The notes under the pieces were generated by a model. That model was given only the letters and a program-made list of their open reading frames with translations, was not told where the DNA came from and did not search any database. This document shows positions 54,360 to 62,885 of a stretch of DNA of 64,000 bases, piece by piece. Within the stretch, counting starts at the first letter, position 1. Each line of letters begins with the position of its first letter. The position numbers were made by a program, and so were the translations under genes. The stretch is from an uncultured delta proteobacterium (GTDB lineage Bacteria; Desulfobacterota; Binatia; UBA9968): positions 192,001 to 256,000 of the forward strand of contig CAVUZH010000019.1 of NCBI GenBank assembly GCA_963745835.1. The letters are read 5' to 3'.

Positions 54360-54800
54360 AATTTCGCACCGAAATTTGTCACAGCCAGCTTTTCCGTGCT
54401 GAGCATCACCGTTCTCGGTCAAACGTATTCGTTGATCTAATGACTGTCAAATTCACTGATCTGATCATTGTTATCTGAAGAAGCTAAACCCCACCCCGGG
54501 TGGAACGCAGGAACATAACATCGATTAGCTCGCAGGATGTGAGAGTCACTACATCACTGAAGGGATTGACTACCGACTGGCGCACTCCCAAAAAATCTGG
54601 CAATCACCTGCTTCCCAGCTCCCGCTACGCCGATCTGACAACCGAAAGATCCGCAACATAACCCAGAGAAACTTAGCGAAGCGCGACTCGAGAGGTCCGA
54701 TGACAAGAACCTAATTTTCCTTGTCGGATCGATGCCAAGATGCTCCACGAGTTAGTGGCCAGCAATGCCCGGAACTCGTTTTATGAATCAGGCCATTACT

Positions 54801-55112
54801 TCAGCGCCACTCCGAGTCGGCCGGGATTAAGTTCTTTCCGAAGCGGCGCTCCGGGGCCGCGGCCAGCCAGGGCGAAGTCTTCTCGACGTAAAGTTTGAAA
54901 TGAGGCGATTGGCGATGCGCCTCCAGCGCGGCCTCATCTTTATAGACTTCGTAGTAGTAGAAACGGTTAGCATCATCCCGGTCTTGAATAACGTCGAACC
55001 GCAGGCATCCAGGCTCGTCTTGCTCTGAATGCTCCGCATCGTGACGCACCGCTTCCAAGTATTCGGGCACATGCTCCGGTTTCACCTGAACAGTGACGTG
55101 CAATATGACCAT
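54801..55112 (-). CDS. ABM-family putative quinol monooxygenase (LsrG/YgiN-like)
   Basis: EPGCLRFDV and YEVY.DEAALEAHRQSPHF motifs; GGAGG RBS. Confidence 0.9.
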   Translation of the reverse strand: MVILHVTVQVKPEHVPEYLEAVRHDAEHSEQDEPGCLRFDVIQDRDDANRFYYYEVYKDEAALEAHRQSPHFKLYVEKTSPWLAAAPERRFGKNLIPADSEWR

Positions 55113-55444
55113 AGATCACCTCCGGTTTGTCTATCGTGACAAATGACGATCACTTGAAATAATACCACCTGATCAGGGCCAAAATGCAATTGAGAAAATC
55201 AGAGCAATACGGCAATACGGCGATGGCCTGCGGAATGATCGGATTTTCCGGCGCTCTGACCTTGACGACATGGCGAGACGGACAAACCCAAAGGTCGAAA
55301 TACAAAACATGACCTCGACGCTAGTGGTCAGGTGTTTGTGCCGCCAAGAGACGTAACCAGAGCTCGCTTTGGGTGGACTAGGCAGATCGCCCGACGGGTG
55401 ATAAGAACGTTAATATTCAGACCAAAATACGGGAGGTAAACACA

Positions 55445-56050
55445 ATGGCCGACTTAAAACTCGGAACGAAGGTGTCGGATTTTGAGCTCGAAACGTACGA
55501 GCCGACGAAAGGCGACTTTGGCAAGTTCAGCATGCAGGACCAGATCAAGAACAAACGCTGGACTATCCTCTTCTTCTATCCCGCGGATTTCACGTTCGTC
55601 TGAGCGACCGAATTCGCTGCTCTGGCAGAGCAGCACGATCGCTTCGTCAAAATGGGCTGCGACATCGTCACGGTGAGCATGGACACCAAGTTCGTGCACA
55701 AGGCGTGGCAGGAGAACGAAAAGGAGCTGGCCAAGGTCAAGTACCCGATGGCGAGCGATCCGACCGGCAAGGCCGCGCGGATGTTCGGCGTCTACGACGA
55801 GGACACCGGGCTTGCGCTACGCGGGACCTTCATCATCAATCCCCAGGGCGTCCTGATGAACGCCGAGACCAACTTCTACAATCTTGGCCGCAACATTGAT
55901 GAGCTCATGCGAAAGTACAAAGCGAACATCTATCTCTCCAAGAAAGCCGACGAGGCCTGCCCTTCAAAGTGGAAGGACGAGGGAGACAAGACCCTCACCC
56001 CGTCGGCAAAAATGGTGGGCAAAGTGCACGAGGCGCTGCAGCAGAAATAG
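55445..56050 (+). CDS. prxU: Selenocysteine-containing peroxiredoxin (AhpC/Prx1 type), U53
   Basis: GGAGG RBS then ATG 55445: MADLKLGTKVSDFEL...FFYPADFTFV[TGA 55601-3]ATEFAAL...LRGTFIINP...EACPSKW...TAG. The TGA is exactly at the PxxxTxxC peroxidatic Cys position. Confidence 0.92.
55601..55644 (+). promoter_or_regulatory. Bacterial SECIS-like hairpin
   Basis: Perfect 8-bp stem GCTGCTCT (55616-23)/AGAGCAGC (55627-34) with a GGC loop, after a 12-nt spacer from the UGA; lower stem GCGACCG/CGATCGC has one mismatch. Confidence 0.8.
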
Positions 56051-56238
56051 CTGTTTTCTCGTTTTTTCAAAAGTGATTGGGCTAGCGAAGCTCGGGGTCG
56101 GATCTTTATTTTTCACGTTCCAGAGGAAAAAAAGATTCTGCGACCAGGGCGAGCGGTTAAGAAGGCGGTCAGAGAACCGCTGCGTTGTGATGGACAAAGT
56201 CGCCGGCTGGTGTTTCACGTCCGTACAACATGAATAAT

Positions 56239-56450
56239 CTATTGTGGGATGTCTTCGACCCAAAGGAGATGCGCCGAGAAGGGTGTTTTGCTGAGGGCAC
56301 GATAGAAATTTCGCATCGGCGGTGACCAACCGGGACTCAAGCGCTATCGGCAGCATTATGCGCAGCGGCATGGCCGCTGATATTCTTCAACGCATCGAGC
56401 TTGTGTCGCATCAATGCCGAGGACATTTTCGCGCTTCGTCCGACGGGATT
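56239..56450 (-). pseudogene. VapC/PIN-domain toxin remnant
   Basis: IALESRLVTADAKF then, after a frameshift, YRALSKTPFSAHLLWVEDIPQ*; resembles the PIN C-terminal LVTAD motif. The 5' boundary is approximate. Confidence 0.55.
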
Positions 56451-56451
56451 C

Positions 56452-58158
56452 TTAACTTGTAACCTCGGAGCTCTTGCGGCGGGTGTTTGGCGAGCCGCTC
56501 GCCGATAACAAGCGACTCTCGTCACTGATGGCGTACACAATCAGCGGTTCCCGGCGATTCCTGACGTTAACCTGATGCCGCGGCGAACTCTGCATTTCGA
56601 TTCCGGCCCGTGTGGCGACCTGCTCGGAAATAACAAGTGCGCAGTCGTATTCTTTCGTTAGCTCCTGCAGCCTACTTGCGACGTTCACCGTGTCGCCCAC
56701 GGCAGTAAGATAAGTCCCCATACCATAGCCCATCTGTCCAACCACTGAAGGTCCGGTGTGGATGCCAATGCCTACCTTAAGAGATGACTCTAGTTCCTCG
56801 GAAAGCATATCGCTGAGCTGCGCAACGCTGCTGAGAATCTCGCGCGCTGCTGCGAGCGCGGACTGGCATCCCTGCACCGGCCCCGTCTGGACTCCGAACA
56901 GGGCCATGAGGCCGTCGCCCGTGAATTGGTTCGGCATCCCTCCCGCGCGTTCGACCGCGGTGCCAACAATTTCGGCATAGCGGTTTAAGATGAAGACCAG
57001 ATCATACGGCAATTTGCGTTCTGCTATGGTGGTGAAAGAACGAAGATCCGCAAACAGCACAGCCATGTCGCATTCTTGCCCCGCCAGGTAGGAAGGCTTA
57101 ACGAAACCGTCGCTTGCATTTGCGTCTGCGGGAAGCAAAGGCACGATGGAAATATCGCTCGTCGGTTGCAGCTGACAGGCCAACCGCACATTGGCCGGCG
57201 CGCCGATGCGGGCGAGCACTTTCAGTTCCGCCGGGCTTGGCATGGGGACAGATTCCAATCCTTTAATTATGCGAATTCTACAGGTGGAACACCGGCCCCG
57301 TCCGCCGCACACGGACGCATGAGGAATGCGCGCAAAACGGCTCGCTTCCAGGACTGTGAACCCGCGCGGCACCTGCACCGGACGGTTGTCCGGATAGGTG
57401 ATTTGAATTCTGCCTGGGCGTTCGAAGACATGGCGCGCCGCGCGCGCCACCAACACCGCACCAAGACATGCCCAAAACCCATAGATAATTCCATCACGCA
57501 GATTGACCAGGTCTTCGCCCTGGCCAGGGCGCAAAACGTTGGTTCGCTGATAGAGCTGCTCGATCCACTCGGGATTGCGGGCGATAAGATAATCAACTTC
57601 ACGCCCGGCCTGGACGAAGCCAAGCAACGCGAACACCGGCAGCAGCAGTACAAGCGCATAGAGCGCCGCGGCGTAGCGCGGATACCATGGCCGCAGCCTG
57701 AGCCAAAAGTACAGGCCGATACATCCATGCGTCCACGCGATCAACACCAACGAGGCTTGGCGCAGGCCGTTGATCGGATTCTGGCGCCACAAGCTCAACA
57801 CGGTCTTGGCGTACATGTCTTCGATGCCGTACCACTCGTAAGCCATGCGGGTGCCGACGAAATGAGTTGCCAGCAGCAGCGGTATGCACAAGCCAAGCGT
57901 GAGCTGGAGCGCCTCCCAAAACGGCATACGCAGGTGCCGTCGTTGATAAATCGCGTAGAGCGCCAAACTGAAATGGGTCAGGAGCGAGCCATAGAAGACC
58001 GAGGTGCCCAAAGGATTGCGCCACAGAGCCAGAAACCATGTGCGGCCGGCTTCCATGGCATCGAGCGAAATCAATCCGAGAGAATGATTGAGCAGATGGG
58101 TGGTGAGATAAGTAAACAGCACCAGACCCGTGGCGATCCGCGTGCGCCGAATGTTCAT
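56452..58158 (-). CDS. Class III adenylate/guanylate cyclase with His-rich 4-TM domain and 2Fe-2S ferredoxin (CyaC-like)
   Basis: TM His residues (THLLNH, THF, THF, THG); CGGRGRCSTC...RLAC; FADLRSFT, TGDGLMA, GIGIHTG and GDTVNVASRL motifs. Confidence 0.9.
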   Translation of the reverse strand: MNIRRTRIATGLVLFTYLTTHLLNHSLGLISLDAMEAGRTWFLALWRNPLGTSVFYGSLLTHFSLALYAIYQRRHLRMPFWEALQLTLGLCIPLLLATHFVGTRMAYEWYGIEDMYAKTVLSLWRQNPINGLRQASLVLIAWTHGCIGLYFWLRLRPWYPRYAAALYALVLLLPVFALLGFVQAGREVDYLIARNPEWIEQLYQRTNVLRPGQGEDLVNLRDGIIYGFWACLGAVLVARAARHVFERPGRIQITYPDNRPVQVPRGFTVLEASRFARIPHASVCGGRGRCSTCRIRIIKGLESVPMPSPAELKVLARIGAPANVRLACQLQPTSDISIVPLLPADANASDGFVKPSYLAGQECDMAVLFADLRSFTTIAERKLPYDLVFILNRYAEIVGTAVERAGGMPNQFTGDGLMALFGVQTGPVQGCQSALAAAREILSSVAQLSDMLSEELESSLKVGIGIHTGPSVVGQMGYGMGTYLTAVGDTVNVASRLQELTKEYDCALVISEQVATRAGIEMQSSPRHQVNVRNRREPLIVYAISDESRLLSASGSPNTRRKSSEVTS

Positions 58159-58294
58159 AAGTTGCGCCAATCTACTACGAGGCAAGCATGGCGTCTATGC
58201 GCCGCAAGCGCGGGTGATTGGCACCCGCGATAGGGAGCGCCTGTGAAAGACCCAGTGGGTGAGCAAGCACCGCAACTGCCGATCAGCGTGCAAT

Positions 58295-58375
58295 CTTTCA
58301 AACAGTTCCCAACGGTTCCAATCGTTCCAGATATGCGGAACCATTTTTAGGCTCTGGAATCGTTCGGCTGAACTA
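58295..58375. repeat. 9-bp repeat array with partial inverted arm
   Basis: TTTCAAACA-GTTCCCAACG-GTTCCAATC-GTTCCAGAT ... GGAACC..TGGAATC..TGAAC. Confidence 0.6.
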
Positions 58376-58582
58376 TACTTTTCTTGTTCTTTAACCCGTC
58401 GCGTGTTTTTTTCGAGGTGAGTTTCACAATGACGATTAGAGGACCTACCGCCAAAGTTAATGCATCCGCTCATGCTATAAATAAGCGAGCAAATCGTCAT
58501 CGCCAGCAGCATTTCTAAGGAATCGAAAAAGAGGTTAGCCTGGGCTAGTCGAACTCACAAAGACCGTGCATGGAGAAAATTC

Positions 58583-59293
58583 ATGAACCAAACGATCGTC
58601 GGAGATCTTGTAACTGCCAGCCACATTCTTGCGGACCAGGGCGTGCTCGATGGGCTCGGCCACGTCAGCGTGCGCCATCCGGACAACCCGCAGCGTTACT
58701 TGATGTCGCGTTCTCTCGCACCGGCATTGGTGACGCCCGCGGACATCATGGAATACGACCTCGATTCAAACGCCATTGACCGACAGGGTCGATCGCTTTT
58801 CCTCGAACGCTTTATTCACGGGGAAACCTACAAGGCCCGGCCCGACGTTTTCGCGGTGATCCATAGCCATTCGCCGACTGTCATTCCGTTCAGCATCAGC
58901 CAGACCCCATTACAGCCGGTATTCAACGGCGCCGCATTTCTGTCTCCATCCGCTCCGGTATTTGACATTCGTAAAATCGCTGGCATGACGGACTTGCTGA
59001 TCGGCACTGGCGAATTGGGCAAGGCGCTCAGCGCTTCTCTCGGAGAAAGCGCAGTCGTGCTCCTCCGCGGGCATGGCAACGCCGTCGTCGGAGAAACTCT
59101 GCGGCAGGTTGTTTACCGAGCCATTCAAACGGAGCTCAACGCCCGGCTGCAGCTTCAGGCGATGATGCTAGATGGGCCGTTGATCTACATGGCGCCGGAA
59201 GAAGCCGTAAAGGTGAACGCCCGCTCAGGACCCGACGCGACTCAGATAGGTCGTACCTGGGAGCTTTGGAAGGAACGAAGCCGTCGACAATGA
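58583..59293 (+). CDS. Class II aldolase/adducin family protein
   Basis: GHVSVR, ERFIH..Y.ARPDV.AVIHSHSP and LLRGHG motifs. Confidence 0.92.
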   Translation: MNQTIVGDLVTASHILADQGVLDGLGHVSVRHPDNPQRYLMSRSLAPALVTPADIMEYDLDSNAIDRQGRSLFLERFIHGETYKARPDVFAVIHSHSPTVIPFSISQTPLQPVFNGAAFLSPSAPVFDIRKIAGMTDLLIGTGELGKALSASLGESAVVLLRGHGNAVVGETLRQVVYRAIQTELNARLQLQAMMLDGPLIYMAPEEAVKVNARSGPDATQIGRTWELWKERSRRQ

Positions 59294-59505
59294 TTAGCCT
59301 GGATGAGCTGCGAACACACTCGAGCGAAAGATTAGCGAGATCTAAAAGTCTGGCCTGCATGTTTGATTTTTGTTCGGTCGGACAATCCGATCTTCCCGCT
59401 AACCAGCTTGTCTTAGTGCACTTCGCGGTGGTATGCATTTGATATCGCGACACGAAGAAACTTGAGTTCGAGTTCGATCTATCAACCAACAAAAAGGAGA
59501 GGTCT

Positions 59506-59898
59506 ATGGCATTCTTCAGTAAGATACTCGAAAAACTGGGATTCGGCAGCTCGGCGGGCGCTGCGCCTCAGCAAACCACAGCCACGCCGGGAAGTTCGGG
59601 TGCGGCTCCAACGGAAGCGGCGCCCAAGCCGGTCGCGGTCGTCGATGTGGTCGCACAACTCGAGCAACGCGCGGCGGCCAATCCACAGAAGCTCAATTGG
59701 CGGACTTCCATCGTTGACCTGCTGAAGCTTCTTGACATCGACAGCAGCTTCAACGCCCGTAAGGAGTTGGCCACCGAGCTCGGCTGCCCCGCGGATCTGA
59801 TGGGAGATTCGGCAAAGATGAATATGTGGCTACACAAGACAGTGCTGCAGCGCATCGCTGACAACGGCGGCAATGTGCCCAAGGAATTGCTCGACTGA
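59506..59898 (+). CDS. DUF3597 family protein
   Basis: LNWRTSIVDLLKLLDIDSS..ARKELA.EL and DSA.MN.WLHK motifs. Confidence 0.88.
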   Translation: MAFFSKILEKLGFGSSAGAAPQQTTATPGSSGAAPTEAAPKPVAVVDVVAQLEQRAAANPQKLNWRTSIVDLLKLLDIDSSFNARKELATELGCPADLMGDSAKMNMWLHKTVLQRIADNGGNVPKELLD

Positions 59899-59935
59899 GC
59901 AGCGGCAGGCAACTACCAACTAAGGAGTCACACAC

Positions 59936-60538
59936 ATGCAGATCACCGATATACTCGCACAGATGGGTGGCCTTCAATCGATGGCCCGGGAGCTGGGCGT
60001 CAGCGAGAACCAGGCGGCGAGCGGCGCGGAGGCGCTCATCCCGGCGATCCTCGGCGGCTTCAAAAAGCAGGCGCAGTCACAGCCGTCGGGGGCCGAAGGT
60101 CTTGGCGACTTGTTCGGACAGCTCGGCGGCGGCGCGCTTATGGACGACGTGCTTTCGCCGCAGCCGACGCACGTGGATCGGGGCGATGACGTCCTCGGAC
60201 AGATCTTCGGATCCAAAGACGTGAGCCGCACGGTCGCCCAGAACGCGGCATCGCAGTCCGGTCTCGATCCATCGCTGCTCAAAAAGATGCTGCCGATGCT
60301 CGCCATGCTCATCACAGGCTACATGGCGAAACAAAGAAGCGGCGCTAGTCCGGCGCAGGCGTCGCCGACGGGCGGCGGGCTCGGTGATCTGCTTGGCGGT
60401 ATGCTGGGTGGGCAGGCGAGCGGAGCTGGCAGGACGATGTCAGGTGCCGGCGGCGGACTCGGCTCCCTGCTCGACCTGAACGGCGACGGCAACCCGCTCG
60501 ACGACATCCTGAGAATGGCCGGCAAGGTATTGCGCTAG
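59936..60538 (+). CDS. DUF937 family Gly-rich protein
   Basis: G.DVLGQIFG, KKMLPMLA and C-terminal LDLNGDGNPLDD motifs. Confidence 0.85.
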   Translation: MQITDILAQMGGLQSMARELGVSENQAASGAEALIPAILGGFKKQAQSQPSGAEGLGDLFGQLGGGALMDDVLSPQPTHVDRGDDVLGQIFGSKDVSRTVAQNAASQSGLDPSLLKKMLPMLAMLITGYMAKQRSGASPAQASPTGGGLGDLLGGMLGGQASGAGRTMSGAGGGLGSLLDLNGDGNPLDDILRMAGKVLR

Positions 60539-60558
60539 CCGACAGTCCAGACCACGCT

Positions 60559-60624
60559 GTCAGACTTGCCTCAAGAACCAGACGCTGGCGTATCGCGCGA
60601 AGTCTGGAGCTAGGCAAGTCCGAC
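60559..60624. repeat. Long imperfect hairpin downstream of the DUF937 gene
   Basis: GACTTGCCT...AGGCAAGTC outer arms with inner CCAGAC/GTCTGG. Confidence 0.5.
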
Positions 60625-61289
60625 ACCAATCTGTCCAACACAAATCTCTCGGCTCGATCGTAAGTTTCCACTACACTAGCGCGACCTGCAGCAGATAAAA
60701 CCATGTGGGCCTATACAGGCGATCAACGCCCGTCCTCGCCGAAACACCGGCGACTGGACAGGAGTCGGTGTGGGATTATTCGCGCCCTCCTAAACTGGTC
60801 GTAGATCATCGGCGGATCGTCGTCTAACGCGGCGATTTATTAATCGCCGACTCCCGTGAAAATTATCGCATCCTCGAGAGTTTTCCAGCTCCGGCCATAA
60901 ACTCGCGCCTGCTCAAACGGTACTGCGACTCTCGGGCGCTGAACTCTTCTATTTCTTCACGGCTCGAAAGCTGCCGCCGCTCGCGGAAATCCGCGGCCGC
61001 GACGATCCTATGTAAACTTCAAAACCACGATGAACCTGCCATAAAATACTTCCGGAGATCGACTCGCAAGCGATTTTACCCGAGGCGCGCTGGAGCATAA
61101 AGAGCCCGAAGGCGCATATGGCTACCATCGGCGAGAAAAAGAGGTCGGGAGTGTTTCGCCCTGGCTCCCATGAAGTGCGATGCGCGATACTGTGTGTGTT
61201 CAATGCGGTCCGTTGAATTCGGGGGAAGTCAGGATTTCTCTTTTCATGGGTGTGGAAATCAAATAGGAAGCTACTCTAGAGGAGGCAGC

Positions 61290-61694
61290 ATGAGTGATGA
61301 AATTATCCGCAATCGCGAATATCTCAAAGGCAGCGTTGAGACGGACCGCAGCTACTCGATCGCGGTCAGTGCTTTCGGACAAAGAACCATCTATGTATCC
61401 GGCTTAGCCGCATGGGAGGATGAGACAGGAAAACCGCTTCCTGGTGATTTCGATGGACAGACCAGAGTTGTATTTCGTAAATTGCGGCAAATTTTGGAAA
61501 CACTCGGCGCCACATTGGATGACATCGTCTCCATGACTGTTTTTGTCACCGATATGCAGTATGGAAAGATGTTCACTGAAATTCGGAAGGAGTATTTTAC
61601 CCAAGACTACCCTGCGAGCGCTCTGATCGGTATAAAAGAGCTTGCGCGTCCTCCGATGATGATCGAGATTCAGGCTACTGCAGTCACTGATTGA
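61290..61694 (+). CDS. RidA/YjgF family protein
   Basis: YS.AV, IYVSG, YPASALIG and IEIQATA motifs; GGAGG RBS. Confidence 0.9.
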   Translation: MSDEIIRNREYLKGSVETDRSYSIAVSAFGQRTIYVSGLAAWEDETGKPLPGDFDGQTRVVFRKLRQILETLGATLDDIVSMTVFVTDMQYGKMFTEIRKEYFTQDYPASALIGIKELARPPMMIEIQATAVTD

Positions 61695-61732
61695 AGTCGT
61701 ATTCCACGCGGTTAGGAGTTTAGGAGGGTTAG

Positions 61733-62767
61733 ATGTTTACCGACGTTCTAAGGCTGATCGTAGCGGTTATTCTCACTGTTGCGGTCCATGCCAGTTTTGC
61801 ATCTGCGGACACGCATGACTTTTACAAGGGAAAAACTATCAGGATCGTCGTAGGATTTACCGCGGGCGGGGCTTTCGATGTCTATTCCCGCACAATCGCT
61901 AGATACATGGGGCAACATATTCCGGGCGCTCCCACAATCATTGTGGAGAATATGGCCGGAGCCGGTAGCCTGGTTGCCGCCAACCACCTCTATAAGGCCG
62001 CGAATCCTGATGGACTCTCCATCGGGAATATAATCGGGGGACTGTTTGTCGGCCAAGTACTTGGCCGGCCGGGAATTGAGTTCGATGCACTTAAGTTCGA
62101 GTATCTTGGTTCTCCGATGAGAGAGAACACTGTCTGCGTCACGACGAAAGGCAGCGGAATAACCAATGTTGAGAATTGGAGAAAGGCGAAGGTACCGGTC
62201 AAGCTTGGCGCGACGGCTCCAGGCGCTACTACTCACGACTCTGCCGCGGTCTTGAAGGCGGCTCTGGATCTCCCTGCTCAAATCGTCTCGGGCTACAAGG
62301 GAGCGCCGGAGATTCGTTTGGCTATGCAGAACGGTGAGCTTGATGGGACATGCACGTCATGGGAATCGATACGGGTCACATCGCGCAACGAAATACAATC
62401 CGGCGACGCAGTGGTCGTGCTGCAAATTACGCCAAAGGCTCATCCTGAGCTTCCCAATGTGCCCGTAGCGATTGAGTTTGCCAAAACAGAACGAAGCCGC
62501 CAGCTCATACAAACAGGCATTCACGACGTCAGTTTAATCGTCCGGCCGTATGTGGTCCCGCCGGGCACTCCAAAGAACAGGGTCCAGTTACTTCGGAAAG
62601 CTTTCGTAGACACTTTACAAGATCCCGGATTTTTGACAGATGCTAAGAAGTCCAACTTAGATCTCGAACCGATTTCGGGTGAAGAGCTGGAAAAAACCGT
62701 GGCCAAGCTGTTCAAGGTATCACCCGCCGGAAAGGAAGAATTATCTAAGGCGTTGCTTGCGAAGTGA
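61733..62767 (+). CDS. Bug/TctC substrate-binding protein
   Basis: FYKGKTIRIVVGFTAGG, VENMAGAG and GYKG motifs. Confidence 0.9.
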   Translation: MFTDVLRLIVAVILTVAVHASFASADTHDFYKGKTIRIVVGFTAGGAFDVYSRTIARYMGQHIPGAPTIIVENMAGAGSLVAANHLYKAANPDGLSIGNIIGGLFVGQVLGRPGIEFDALKFEYLGSPMRENTVCVTTKGSGITNVENWRKAKVPVKLGATAPGATTHDSAAVLKAALDLPAQIVSGYKGAPEIRLAMQNGELDGTCTSWESIRVTSRNEIQSGDAVVVLQITPKAHPELPNVPVAIEFAKTERSRQLIQTGIHDVSLIVRPYVVPPGTPKNRVQLLRKAFVDTLQDPGFLTDAKKSNLDLEPISGEELEKTVAKLFKVSPAGKEELSKALLAK

Positions 62768-62885
62768 TACGGTGGAATTCCACGTTTGCGGAATCTCGTA
62801 AACGTAGAATGCAACTTTGTGCAGTCGCACCAGCGAAGTCAAAGATTGGGCATGCCGCTCATCTTGATGATGCGTGGGCTATCGG

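Noticed and set aside
55652-56050. 132-aa ORF-track protein as a complete gene or truncated pseudogene
   Set aside because: It is the part of the Sec-peroxiredoxin downstream of the UGA; the real start is 55445.
56093-56116. CGGGGTCGGATCTTTATTTTTCAC resembling one arm of a RAYT-associated REP
   Set aside because: No inverted partner or second copy was found in the window.
60863-61042. Minus-strand frame MAGSSWF*SLHRIVAAADF...LSRREFMAGAG with an in-frame TGA, as a possible second selenoprotein
   Set aside because: The TGA is not in a Cys/redox motif, no SECIS-like hairpin is evident, and the frame ends after 60 codons. More likely an N-terminal remnant of a Tat-type oxidoreductase, or noise.
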